DNA of 64,000 bases from Octopus bimaculoides. Taxonomy: Eukaryota. The stretch is taken from NCBI RefSeq assembly GCF_001194135.2, contig NC_068981.1, positions 157,854,285 through 157,918,284 on the forward strand, written 5' to 3'. The position numbers and the translations under genes were made by a program. This document shows, in pieces, positions 39,019 to 52,969 of the stretch. Position 1 is the first letter of the stretch, and each line of letters opens with the position of its first letter. The notes below the pieces were generated by a model that did no database searches, was not told the origin of the DNA, and saw only the letters and a list, made by a program, of their open reading frames with translations.

Positions 39019-39696
39019 AAAATGAATGAAGGAATGAATGGATAGATGAAAGTATAATGTGTATATGTATATGTGTATGTATATAACACTACAGCTGTTA
39101 CTAGTACTACCAGACTTGTGAGATGCATAGATTTGTGGGGGGTGGGGGAATAAACAATGAATGGCGTGAGAGTTTGGAAAACAGAGAAAAATACTCTGTT
39201 AAATATTTTACGTGAAAAGCAACTGGTAAGGTTGGCACTAACACAACGTAGGAAAACAAAAAAGTTAGGAATAATTAAAATTATACTAAAAGAGCCTATT
39301 TGGTTTCAACCATTATGACTTCTGGTTACGCTTGTAGAACATTTTTATATACTTTTTTTATTTATTTTTATTCAGTACTTGTATTTTGAGTCATCCTACT
39401 GAAGGAGAATGTGAGACAGAGAGAGAGACATATCTATGTGGTGTTTAAAACTTTCAGCTGGGGTCTATTTTACATTTTTGATTCCTATAGGTAAAGTCAT
39501 AAAACAGGGATTCACGAAAGGTGAAGCTATTGTGCAATAGTAATTCTATTTGACTGTCAGCTGACGGGAGCTTTGGCAGTTAACGCTATCTTTCCGTTAT
39601 CTTTTTTATCCGATGATATATTACGAAGTTTGGTACTTTATCCTCAAGAATCTTACAGTTGTAGATGACTTGCACTTTCTCTCTTTCCTTTTCTCC

Positions 39697-39775
<79 letters not shown>

Positions 39776-40151
39776 CAGATTCTTATGAGCAAAGCCTCGG
39801 GATTAAATGACGCCACTTTGATTGAAGCATTTCTGTAGTCTTTCTGGCAAATATATTTTTACTGAGGCTGAACAATTTTGAGTTGTAATCTATACTGCCA
39901 TTAGTGAATGTTTGCTATGATGGCAACTATACCGTTGGGTCTTTAACTGAAAATAGGCAAACACAAATCACCTTTCTCTGAATTCTTAAAGCCTGTGACT
40001 TATGTGGACACAACACCGGTTAACTCTCTTACTCCTCCTATACAAATACTCTTCTGAACAACTACTACCTTTCGGAGTCGGTAGAATATATTCCGCCCAA
40101 GTACTGGAACAGATTTAATCGACTAACTGCTGGGCCTGTATATAAATTAGA

Positions 40152-40193
<42 letters not shown>

Positions 40194-40196
<3 letters not shown>

Positions 40197-40307
40197 CGCT
40201 GGAATACTCCGGATGGTGCTCGCAAAATAAGGGGTATTACCTTAGTTCACTGGCAGTGAATAGCTGGCACCGTAGTACATCTCCAGCGTTAGAAGCTGTG
40301 CAAATAC
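40194..40307 (+). mobile_element. Extremely 5'-truncated R4/Dong-type LINE 3' end between (AAT)n arrays
   Basis: Near-identical to 45657-45769; encodes TAGILRMVLAK* plus 3' UTR. Confidence 0.8.
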
Positions 40308-40329
40308 AATAAATAATAATAATAATAAT

Positions 40330-40515
40330 CTTTTCTACCGTAGGCACTAGGCCTGAAATTTTGGGGATAGGATTAAGTCGTTTACATCCACCCCAATTTA
40401 TCGACCCCGAAAGGATGAAAGGCAAAGTCTATTTCGGCGAAATTTGAACTCAGAACGTGGCAACGGCAAAATACCGTTAAGCATTTTGTCCGGCGTGCTA
40501 ACGATTCTGCCAATT
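40330..40515 (-). mobile_element. SINE family B flanked by (AAT)n on both sides
   Basis: Reverse complement matches family B with a small internal deletion. Confidence 0.85.
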
Positions 40516-40535
40516 CACAATAATAATAATAATAC

Positions 40536-42274
40536 TATGCCCTGGCGCAGTATATGCTCTGATGCCGTATATGCCCTGATGCAGTACCACGCAGTACCAT
40601 GGCTTCTGATCTTAATTGATTAGAAGTGTTATCATGTACATTGTTTTGTCTTGGAATAAAAGATGAGTTAGAGCAAATACTCTGCCCAATACCACAGATT
40701 TGCTTGTCAGTTGTTTGACCTTAACCAGTTGAGCATGTCCCTTGGTGTCTGACGATATGTGCATCAATGATCACGAGCAGATGTTGTGGGGGTGTATCAT
40801 AGCCATGCGTTGAGAGGAATTCTTTGGGTTTTGAATAATTCACCTCTGGAAACGTAGGTGTTTCTTTCATCATTCTTAAAGAAACCTTATTCAGGGACTT
40901 TTTGAGCGAGGTTGGGCTACTCTACCAAATGAAAATTGTGACTGGGCCCCACCCCCAAGATCATGCACTGTTTATTTTGATATGAGATCACCATGTCGCG
41001 CACATATGGTTGTGATGCATGTATCTGGTGTACCCTTATCAGACGGGTAGTCATGATAGGTATATTCGGCTTTATATAATTGTACCCAGTGTCACTTTGA
41101 CGGCATGAGCTGTTTGGCCTAGACACCTACCTGAAAAAATCTGAGGATTGAATGTTAAAACTTGTCTCAAAACATGAAAACAAGAAAGCATCATACTCAG
41201 TAACAAATCAGGCAAAGGAGTATATAAGTGAATTCCGAATACAACAAATTTCAGAATTAAACGTACTAGAAACAAGCGCAGAAAAAGCTAAGTGCATGAA
41301 AACCCGTGCTAAAAATGCTGCCTTAGATATTCCGACTAAGAAATGGCAAGAAAAACCTTTCAATAGCAAATACCCAAAGAGAGCGAATAATGCCGATGTT
41401 GACAAAGCCCTTACCCATCAATGGGTAAAATCAGAAACAGAAGGGTTTATCATAGCAGCCCAAGATCAATGCCTACCTACAAGGAACTACCAGGCCAACA
41501 TATTAAAGAACGGCAGCTCCCCAATATGTCGTGTATGTCAACAACAAAATGAAACCATTTATCATGTTGTCTCCATGTGCAGTTTTCTTGCGCCTAGAGA
41601 GTATCTCAACAGGTATGATAGAGCTGTACAATATATTCACTGGATAATTTTCAAAAAACCTGGACTTGCCCCATGATAAAAACTGGTGGGAACACAAATT
41701 ACCCCCAGTGCTTGAAAATGATCACATCTCACTCCTCTGGAACTTCACTATTCAAACTGACAGAAAGATAGATGCAAATAGGCCAGACATCATATTGAAA
41801 GACTTCAAACAAAAATAATGCCTCCTCATTGATATGACTGTCTCAATCGATATAAACGTATCTGTCAAGACCTACCAAAAACTGAGCACATATAAAGATC
41901 TTGAAAGAGAAATTAGCAAAATGTGGATCATGAAGACTAAAACAATACCTGCTGTCATAGCTGCACTAGGAATGAGAGCAAAAGGTGCTGATTGCTACCT
42001 AGCTCAGATACCAGGAAATCCAAAAATGGCAGAAATTCAAAGGTACTGCTCGTGGTATACGTAAAATACTTTCTATGTAATCTCAAATTTTAAAACAAAC
42101 ACATAATTTTCTTATGCTTTCTTAAACATTCTCTAGAACAACACAATATACAAAACCAAATATATGGCACCCTAGGCATAACACCAACATGAACTTCTAA
42201 ATTGTTGTCTCTTGAGGTCTCTGGGTGAGCCTTGGAGCCAACTTGTACAAATGCAAAGCAAAAGTCAAATATAA

Positions 42275-42275
<1 letters not shown>
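40536..42275 (+). mobile_element. Internally deleted or chimeric R4/Dong-clade non-LTR retrotransposon between (AAT)n arrays
   Basis: ~570-bp non-coding 5' part, then KSETEGFIIAAQDQ, CRVC...ETIYHVVSMC (CCHC), NRPDIILKD...LLIDMTV...KLSTYKDL (REL nuclease), GTARGIRKILSM*, 3' UTR and an (AAT)n tail. Confidence 0.85.
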
Positions 42276-42340
<65 letters not shown>

Positions 42341-42506
42341 TGTGTGTAATGTATGCATGCACGTGTGTCTGCTTGTGTGTGTGAGTGTGTGCTTGCGTGC
42401 ATGTCCATGTGTGTGTGTGTGTGTGTGTGTGTGTCTATAAGCCTAGATATCCTTGCACGTGCTTCGTGAGAATTATTATATAGATGAACGCATGAATACA
42501 TGCATG

Positions 42507-42661
42507 TTCTTTTATTCTTTTACTTGTTTCAGTCGTTTGAGTGTGGCCATGCTGGAGCACCACCTTTAGTCGAGCAAATCGACCCCAGGACTTATTCTTT
42601 GTAAGCCTATAACTTATTCTATCGGTTCTTTTGCCGAACCAGTAATTTATGGGGGCGTGCA
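42507..42661 (-). mobile_element. SINE family A, 3' part
   Basis: Reverse complement of the family A tail; interrupted by a gap. Confidence 0.85.
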
Positions 42662-43436
42662 NNNNNNNNNNACTTTATCTATAAGGCTCAATTTAATTTT
42701 TTATAAATTGATTTTAATTGAGTTTTTTACCTGTAATTTTGGATTTTGTCCCTAATAATATTATTATATATATATATATATATATACATACATATACACT
42801 CACAGATACGACACAGCGGACATACATACAAATACACACATACACATACTCACACACAAACACACGCACGGGCATAGACATGCAACACAATCAGAGTTAA
42901 TTCATAATTCAAGTCCCGTTTTTTATAAGAAATTTTTATATGAAATTCCTTTGAATTTCATATTCTTTTCTGATCTTTATCTTTCTTCTTTTATCCTCTT
43001 TCTCTTGTATCTCGGGAGGGTCATTATGCCACTAAAAAAAAACACATTTCACTTTCTTATTATTCGCTGATTGGTTAACACTTTCACCAATTAACAAATT
43101 TATTCTTAGATTAATTATTCAGATATATGTATTTGTCAAAGTCTTTTCTTTACCATTCGCGACCTCATGAATGACATTCTCTGCTCATTCTCTTTGCACG
43201 CCATATCATTTCCTCACTTGTCCATATCTCTCTTGTTCTCCTGCCAATATCACTCTGACACTAACTCTCCTTCTCCTACTCTCTTTGTCATATGTCTATT
43301 TTATTTTTTATCTTCATTCTCTTCAAATTCTTTCTGCTTCCCGTGTATATTTATTACTCACTGCACCTCTCTCTTTCCTTCTTTCCTTCCTTCGCCTTAT
43401 TCACTCAGCCATATGCACACACTGATACACAAGAAT

Positions 43437-43545
<109 letters not shown>

Positions 43546-44141
43546 CATACACAGACACACTGACACACAGCTCATTATGCATATACATACATACATACTT
43601 ACACACACACACACGCACGCACATACGCACGCACGCACACACACACACACACACGCACGCACATACACACGCACGCACACACACACACACACACATATAT
43701 GCATAATATGTTATATATAGACAGAGAGGAAGAGAGAGTTGAGAACCATTGACACAATGTATAACTGTCATTCTTTCCCACATGATGTAACTCTCACAAG
43801 ACAAAACACAGGAAGCCTATGAAAGGTTAGGGACCCCCACCTTACTCTGCACCGAGTGAGGTGACTTCTGCTGCTGTTGCTGCTACTGTTGCTGCTGTTG
43901 TTGTTGTTGTTGCTGTTGTTTTTATTACTCCTACCACTACTATTACTCATAGGATGATGCAGAGAAAGGAGTAGATGCGGACGCCGATGACATTACTCGT
44001 TCCACCATCACCATCCTCCATTAGTAACAACTCCTCAACAAAGGAATTTTCACGTGGACACTTAACCTGTTAGAAATAGTAGCCACATTTCTTCCAGTCA
44101 TACCCTAACAAAAGACAGTAAAGAAGTTTCGGAGATAGCTA

Positions 44142-44322
44142 GCAGGCGTAGTAGTGACTGTGGTGGTAAGTAGCTTGCTTACGAACCACATGATTCCGGT
44201 TCAGTCCAACTGCGTGGCACCTTGGGCAAGTGTCTTCTACTATAGCCTCGGGCCGACCAAAGCCTTGTGAGTGGATTCGGTAGATGGAAACTGAAAGGAA
44301 CCCGTCGTATATATGTATGTAT

Positions 44323-44389
<67 letters not shown>

Positions 44390-44619
44390 TGTATGTATGT
44401 ATGTATGTATGTATGTGTGTGTGTTGCCCCCCAACATCCCTTGATAACCGATGCTGGTGCGTTTACGTCCCCGTAACTTAGCGGTTCGGCAAAATACACC
44501 GATACAATAAGTACTAGGCTTACAAAGACTAAGTCCTGGTGTCGATTTGTTCGACTAAAGGCAGTGCTCCAGCATGGCCACAGTCAAATGACTGAAACAA
44601 GTAACAGAGTAAAAGAGTA
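44142..44619 (+). mobile_element. SINE family A, full length with expanded internal microsatellite
   Basis: Aligns with 894-1308; internal (CA)n(TA)n(TATG)n block. Confidence 0.9.
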
Positions 44620-44830
44620 ATCGACAGCAGAAAATTGACAAATATCAGGACGTAGCCAGCGCGATAGAGATTGTAGAAGGTGGAGATGACAATTGTTCCT
44701 GTTGTTATTGTTGTAGCTGGCACAGCACCTAAGCTGATACCTATGAGGCTAAAGGCTCTTAGAATTGAGATACGGACTGTCGACCAGCATTCTATAAAAG
44801 TCCAATGAAAAACTTCTTGAGATTTAAGAT
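44620..44830 (+). pseudogene. Old REL-endonuclease LINE fragment
   Basis: QKIDKYQDVASAI / VEMTIVPVVIVVAGTAPKLIPMRLKALRI matches the K..KY.DL...VP.VIG.LG pattern seen at 41880-42000. Confidence 0.55.
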
Positions 44831-44919
44831 TGTTACCAAAATTAAAAGCATCATCTCTACTAAATAACGTTAAGCATTTTGCCCGGAATGCGAACGATTC
44901 TACCAGCTCACCGCTTTAG

Positions 44920-45248
<329 letters not shown>

Positions 45249-45250
<2 letters not shown>

Positions 45251-45769
45251 ACGACAATATAGCCAGGCTTCCCCATTGGACACTTTGCAACAAGTATGGA
45301 CTTGACAGAGCAAAAGATTGGTACGACCACAAATAGAAATGCAAAGAACCTATGGGATTTTATGATTTAGTTCGACCATATGATAGAGAATAGGAAGCCA
45401 GACATAGTCTTAGTTGAGAAAGAAAACAAGCCATGCCGGATCATTGATATAGCATGCCCAGCTGATAACAAGATATGCGATCAGGAAGAAAGAAAAGTCG
45501 AGAGATATGACAGGTTAGTTAGCTTGGGAAGTTAAACAGTTGTGATCGATGAAAAAGGTAGCAGTAGTACCAATGCTGCAAAAGTCTCGAGACGTACGTG
45601 GAACAAATAGGGCTGCAATGAGGGTGGAGCACTTGCAGAAAACAGTACTGCTTGGAACCGCTCGAATACTCCGGAAGGTGCTCGAAAAATAAGAGGTGTT
45701 ACCTTAGTTCACTGGTAGTGAACAGCTGACACTGTAGTACATCTCCAGCGTTAGAAGCTGTGCAAAGGC
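45249..45769 (+). mobile_element. 5'-truncated R4/Dong-type LINE (REL endonuclease and 3' UTR) with (AAT)n tail
   Basis: HDNIARLPHWTLCNKYGL...WYDHK, NRKPDIVLVEKENKPCRIIDIACPAD...RKVERYDRL, LQKTVLLGTARILRKVLEK*. Confidence 0.85.
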
Positions 45770-45829
<60 letters not shown>

Positions 45830-46043
45830 CTTTTCTACTCTAGGCACAAGGCCCGAAATTTTGGGGGTGGAGGCCAGTCGATTAGATCGACCATAGTACG
45901 CAACTGATACTTAATTTATCAACCCCGAAAAGATGAAAGGCAATGTCGACCTCGGCGGAATTTGAACTCAGAACGTAAAGACAGACGAAATACCGCTAAG
46001 CATTTCGCCCGACATGCTAATGTTTCTGCGAGCTCGCCGCCTT
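45830..46043 (-). mobile_element. SINE family B, full length, inside an (AAT)n array
   Basis: Close match to 3255-3474; (AAT)n on both sides. Confidence 0.9.
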
Positions 46044-46129
46044 AATAATGACAATAATAATAACAATAATAATAACAATAATAATTATAATAATAATACT
46101 TCTACTACTACTACTACTACTACTACTAC

Positions 46130-46199
<70 letters not shown>

Positions 46200-48028
46200 T
46201 TAAAAAGGATTGACGTAACTCTTCACGAAGGTAAATAGTCAAGGCGAAGAACGCGATTCGACTGTATAGATGTTTTATTCTTTGAACAATATTTCGACGC
46301 ACGTCTGTCTTTTTCAAGTTCAAAACAAAAGGTGATTAAAAATTCAAAATTTGAGAAACTGAACTTTAACTATGAATGAGAGTAACCAGCGTCCATACGT
46401 TGATGTAATGACATCATCAGTTTTATAACAGGCAGAAAGATAGAAAAAAATAGTAAAAAGAAAACGACAGAAAAAAGGAAAGAAAAAGAGAGAAAGAAGA
46501 ATATTCAATCAGACAGTTTTGTATAAATTTGATGATATTCTCCTATCATCTTATTCATTCCTCCAGGGCGTGATGTTAATAACCCGCAAACATATATCTC
46601 CTCGTACATTCAGAATATTTTTTGACAATGTGCACTTTCAAGTCTTCTTCAAAATTGCAGCCGCTTGAAACGAAATGTTCAGCAAGTTCTGTTGAACTGC
46701 TGTTCTTGTGCCTGACGTCGAATCTGTGCCCATTCAACCTTTTGTTTAACCGTTCCGTTGTACAACCAACATAAATCAAGTTGTGTTTCGTGCATTCTGC
46801 AGCGTACACTAAATGGGAATCTCTACAGGTTCCCCCTTCTGTATAAATCATAACATTTCTGTTATGATTTCTGATGGAATTCACTTCACACATGTTGTTG
46901 CACAATGAACAGGGCTTACCTCTCTTGCAGCTGTTCTTTAAGGTAGAGCGTGCAGATACTCCAATGTTCATTTTCTTGGAGTCAGATATAGAGGTCAATA
47001 ATTCTTTTATGTTCTTATTCCGTCGAAAGGCTACAATGGGCGGCTGAGGAAATATCTGTTTGAAACTGGGATATTTTTTCTCCACATGCTGGTAACTTTC
47101 ATGCAACACTTTTGAAATGCCAGCGAAACGTCGGTGCCAGCTAATCACTAAAGGAATTCTGTCATCTTGTATTTTGTTTGTTAAGATTATGCGTGTAGGT
47201 TTGACTATCTTTGCTAATCTTAGCTATTTCATTTGCTATTTCCTTTAAACGTGATTCACTGTAACCTCGTTTGACATAATGACATACAAAAGCATTTATG
47301 TCAGTACAAATCCGTTTTATCCTCAAAAAATTGGGATTTCGGATTTAAATGTGGGATGACGTTGGCTTGCAAAATAACTCTGTCACTATTCTGCCTCCAG
47401 AGAACTTGACTTTTGTGTCCAAAAATTCAACACTAGTTTTTGAAAAACTAGACGTAAATTTTATGTTGGACTTAAAGCCATAGTTTCTAGCATAACAATC
47501 ACAGAAATGCAAGAAGTCCATTAAACTATCCTGTGATCCTTCCCAGACAAAAAATACGTCGTCAATTAACCATAACCAGAGTATTAGTTCATGACCATGA
47601 AGAGATTTGAATGTCTTCAGTAACTGTGTCTCGAATTTCGTCATAAAGAATATTAGCGAAATTAACTGCCATGGGGGTACCCATGGCGCAACCCTTCGTC
47701 TGGTGATAAAATCTTTGTCTAAACTTCCTTGTGTTACTTTCTAACACAAACTTCAATAATCTACAGAGTAAATTTGATGGAATACTTTTGTTTGACTGCT
47801 TTCCGAAGGCATCCACGCATGCTTCTACCCCTTCATTGTGGTCAATATTGGGATATAAGGAAGAAACATCCATGGTTACCAAAAAACAGTTCTCAATACA
47901 GCCTCGGCACTTAAAAGAGTTGTTAATTTTAGATGCAAAATCAAAGGTATCCCGAATATAGGAACTTGATCGTTTTGCGACGGGAAGTAGAAAGCCATCC
48001 AGCCATTCCGAAATTTTGGCCGTACAGC
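46200..48028 (-). mobile_element. 5'-truncated Penelope-like retroelement: RT plus C-terminal GIY-YIG endonuclease, few disablements
   Basis: TAKISEWLDGFL...SYIRDTFDF...LVTMDVSSLYPNI, QTKGCAMGTPMAVNFANI, WLIDDVFFVW, VEFLDTKV, IVAFRRNKNIKELL, CKRGKPCSLC, LVYAAECTKHNLIYVGCTTERLNKRLNGHR. Bounded by (AAT)n at both ends. Confidence 0.92.
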
Positions 48029-48098
<70 letters not shown>

Positions 48099-48263
48099 GT
48101 TTCAAACTTTGCCAAAAGGGTAGCAATTTTGGGTGAGGGGATGGGTCGATTACATTGACCCCAGTGTTCAACTTGTACTTATTTTATCGACCCCGAAAGG
48201 AGGAAAGGCAAATTCAACCTCGGCGGAAATTGAGCCCAACATTGTGTCCAGCTCGCCACCTTA
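48099..48263 (-). mobile_element. SINE family B (diverged, deleted)
   Basis: GGGTCGATTACATTGACCCCAGTG...TTATCGACCCCGAAAGG...CCAGCTCGCCACCTT. Confidence 0.8.
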
Positions 48264-48937
48264 AGCATTGACTGTAATTAAAAACACATTTTCTTTCCTT
48301 CTTTCTCTTTTTTCTGGGCGCCAGTTGTTCGAGAGTTCTGGTTATTTGAGTACCGAATGAAAGACAATTTTACTGTATATATATAAGAGTAAACCTAAGA
48401 CAGAACAAGAATACAGAAATTCTCGGTATTTTTTGCGCGCAGGGTGACCGCGTTGCCGATTCCACCGAAAGAGATTTTGAGTAAAATATATTTCCAATTA
48501 GCACTAATATATGTTTTGCTGGATAAACAAATAATGTAACTTACCACCATATTTCTTGGGTGTCAGAAATTTTCTAGCCACTTTACTACTAGCATATTTA
48601 GGTTGTTCCCCTATTGTCTAACATAATCCACTATCAGATTGAAACATGATGTTTATGATTTTGAGCAAATGCCTTTAGAGAATATATATATAACGTAAGC
48701 AGTAAAAATTCAAACAACAAATACAAGAAAAAAAATTAAAAGAAGAGTGGTAGATCCCCTCACGGGAGTGGAACCACGTATTTGTCAACAGATACATAAC
48801 TCGACTTAGGTGAAAGGATCAGTTCAGTTGTAAATGTCTTGTATATGATTTATATTCGAAATTTATGTTAAATAAACTCACACATAAACACATACAGGCA
48901 AATATAAAGACATGCATACACATGTGCGCACACACAC

Positions 48938-49200
48938 ATCATCATCATCGTCATCATCGTCATCATCATCATCATCATCATCACCATTAACATCATAAGC
49001 ATCATCAAAATCATCGTCATTTAACATCCGTTTTCGTGCTGGCATGAGTAAGACGGTTTGACAGAGAACCGACGAGTCTCAGGGCTACATCGAGCTCCAG
49101 TGTCATCTTTGGCATGGTTTCTATGCCTGTAAGGCCTTCCTAATGCCAAATAATTTACAGAACAGAGTGTACCGGGTGCTTATTTTGTAGCACCGGCACT
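48938..49200 (-). mobile_element. Retroposon 3' end with (TGA)n tail (RTE-like tail)
   Basis: Minus strand ends GTCAAACCGTC...CATGCCAGCACGAAAACGGATGTTAAATGACGATG followed by (ATG)n. The RTE assignment is from memory. Confidence 0.5.
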
Positions 49201-49432
49201 AGTGAGATTGGCAGGTAATTTGCAAGATAGAGAAGAACAAAGGAAAAGGAAAAGAAAAAAAGGTACTACTGCTAAGAAGTATTTGAGAGGGGAAGGTGGT
49301 GATGAATGGCTGTATGCCAGGTGTTGAAAAACTAAAGTATAATAGGATGACAAGCACAGGTGTCGAGCTAGAAGAGGAAGTTTATGACTGAAGGTACTCT
49401 CAAGGAGCAAGAAAACGAGCACAAGAGATGGC

Positions 49433-49498
<66 letters not shown>

Positions 49499-49697
49499 NN
49501 NNNNNNNNNNNNNNNNNNNNNNNNNNNNNNNNNNNNNNNNNNNNNNNNNNNNNNNNNNNNNNNNNNNNNNNNNNNNNNNNNNNNNNNNNNNNNNNNNNNN
49601 NNNNNNNNNNNNNNNNNNNNNNNNNNNNNNNNNNNNNNNNNNNNNNNNNNNNNNNNNNNNNNNNNNNNNNNNNNNNNNNNNNNNNNNNNNNNNNNNN

Positions 49698-50848
49698 TCT
49701 TTGGCATTTAGTTTAGCCCAGTATTTGCCATGAATAGGCTTTTCTTGGTATCGTTTTATCATGGTCCGTTGCTGTTCTAGTTTTAGTTTGGATTTCATTG
49801 TTTTATAGCTTTTATTGTTTCTTCTTCTTCTTCATATTTGTATGACTTCTTGTTTGTATTTGTCAGCTTTCTTAAATACTGAAAACGGTTTCTTGTTTTG
49901 CTCGTGTTTTGTGGCTATTTGCATTAGTTTTCCTTGCTTCTGAGGTAGGTATTTTTGCAGTCCTATGGTGGTTACTTTATAATAGTTTTCTAGCTGTATA
50001 AAGTCTCTACCACCTTCTATACGTTGCATATATAGCCTTTCTATTTCAGATTTTGGGTGGTGCATCCTAGATCCTGTCATTATTTTTCTTGTTTTCCTGT
50101 CTATTTTGATTAGTTCATTTAGTGTCCAGTTAAGGATATTGTAGCTGTAACTTATAACTGGGACGCTAGAGTGTTAATACCTATTATCTTGTTTTTAGCA
50201 TTGTGCTCTGTTTTCAGTATTGATCTAACTCGTCTATAGTATTCTTTCTTTATTTTCTCTTCCATTTGTGTATTGTATCGTATCTAGTTCATTGATTCCT
50301 AAATATTTGTATGTCTGGCTTTGGTCTAATTCTCTTAATTCATTGGCTCTATCTCGTGTGATGTTGCTACTCTTAACTAGTTTTCCTCTTTTCAAGGTTG
50401 CTTTGGTACATTTTTCTAAGCCAAATTTCATATCTATTTCTTTGGTAAATCCATGTACTATCTGTAGTAGTGTTTCCAGATGTTTATCATTTGTAGCGTA
50501 TAGTTTTATGTCATCCATATATAAGAGGTGGCTGATTGTTTTGTCATAACAGTTGTATCTACATCCAGTTCTGTTTAGCATATCAAATAAAGGTGTCAGT
50601 GCCAAGCAGAAAAGGAGTGGAGAGAGCGTGTATCCCTGGAATATTCCTCTTCCAATGGGGATGGCTTAGGTTTTCACGAGTTCCTCTTTTGTCTGGAGCC
50701 GTAGCATTGTCTGCCATTTATTCATAGTGTCTTATGGATTTTATAATAATTGGTGCTACCTTGTACATGGCTAGTGTTTCGAGGATTCACGTGTGAGGAA
50801 TACTATCAAAAGCCTTTCGGTAGTCGATCCAGGCCATACTGAGGCCTT
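49698..50848 (-). pseudogene. R4/Dong-type LINE reverse transcriptase fragment
   Basis: SMAWIDYRKAFDSIPH, ISHLLYMDDIKLYA, MKFGLEKC, YKYLGINE, SRMHHPKSEIERLYMQRIEGGR. The 5' junction abuts (AAT)n(AAG)n on its sense strand; the 3' end is in a gap. Confidence 0.88.
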
Positions 50849-50861
50849 TCTTCTTCTTCTT

Positions 50862-50938
<77 letters not shown>

Positions 50939-51838
50939 GTATGTATGTATGTATATGTGTATACATACATACATACATGCATACATACATGCATACATGC
51001 ATACATACATACATAAACTAAGCTTCTCAAAACCAGAAAGGAGATAGCTAATTCGAAGACTACAGATCCAATCCATCACTGGAACTGTAAGAATCTGAGA
51101 AACTTGCCTGAAGTTTATCATCTACATATGAGCATGTTTAGATGTACAACTATATGCATGAGAATATATAAATAAAACATACAAATCTGGAATACATACG
51201 TACATACATACATGCATACATACATACATACATACATACATATACACATACACACATACATACATTCATACATACAAAACCGCTTTTCGCTGGGAGGATT
51301 GTCCTGATGGACATATCAATAGACACATCTGAACCAGAAAGTATTCACATCTTTCAAAAGAAGCATACTGGTGGATATTGCAATGACAAAATCAGGTGTA
51401 AGCACACCTGATCATATATTGTTGTATGAGACGGAAGAAATGACATCCGCTGCTGTAGAGATTAGCTGGCCGGTGGCTGTGACTATCTTGTCAAAAGATG
51501 TGGAGAAGGAGAACAACTATTGAGAAATAATAAATAGCTTATAGATTTTAATTTGTACCTGTATCATACGTGTACAAGGCACTAATAAAAGCTCTACATG
51601 AATACCTGCAAAAATGAACAGGGCAGGTTTGCGATCTCAAAATATGATCGATTAATGATTCAGCGAAAAACATTCCATGGATTCTCCATTTAAGCTCCTG
51701 GCCGAACACACACACACAATCGCATATACATGTGGAATACACACACACACGCGCGCGCACATACATAAATAGCAATGAAGCACCCGTACGTACATCCACT
51801 ACGCGAATGCAAGTCTCTACAAGTCAACACAAATGCAT

Positions 51839-51870
<32 letters not shown>

Positions 51871-52895
51871 ACACACACACACACATACATACACAGACGC
51901 ATGCACACATACACGTGCACAGAGTAGTCCACTCAGATAACTTCAAATCCCAAGAGTTGTGTTGATTTAAACAAAAATTCCCTATTTTGTCAGGGGTCGG
52001 CTTGAATTCTGTAAATGAAAAAAAAATTAAATACAGTATATCCCAAAGAAATAAACGTCCATAAACACAAGCTTAAAATACATACATACATACATACATA
52101 CATACATACATACATACATAAAGTGCATGCACACGCAAATATAATAGATATATACGTGTGTGTGTCAGTGTTATGATGGTGGCAGCTGATAATGGAAATG
52201 TTCTCTATGTGGCTTGTGTGTTTTTTGTACCTTGTTTATCATTTTGTCCATGTTGTTTTGCAACGTCATGTACCCAGATATATATATATATAAATCTTTA
52301 TATAACAGGCACAAAACCTCAAATTTGAAAGAAGATTATAATCGATAATACCAACCGTAGAACTTTAATACTTCATTTTATTGATTTCGGAAGAATGAAA
52401 GATAAAACAGAATTTGAGTTAATAAAATTGGATTTGAACTCAAAACATAAAGAGACCGTACTATAACATATTATACGACAAACACAATAACGCTCTTCCA
52501 TTTTATATCCCACGTTTGTTAAACAATGCACAATTTACTTGAGTAACCAGTTATTTTAACCTGTTTTTAGATTTTGTAAATCACACTTTTATCTATGCTA
52601 CACACTCATCTGTTAAATACACATTTTTCTACACAGTTATTATCACACTTATCTATAAGTCAAAGTTATATCTGTTATACGCAAGTATACACGCTATATT
52701 TTGAACTGTTCACTTTATATAGAACAGACGTGTATCTGTGTTCAATTTATGAGACATAAGCAATCTTCACAGCACCCTTTCTTCAACACTGTCGTCGTGT
52801 TTCTTCGGTTTTTTTTTTTTCCCACTCTGAACTTTCTTTGATCCTTTCTGCTATAACCCACCCCTGTTCTGCCTTCATTTCTTCGTTGTTCATCA

Positions 52896-52969
<74 letters not shown>

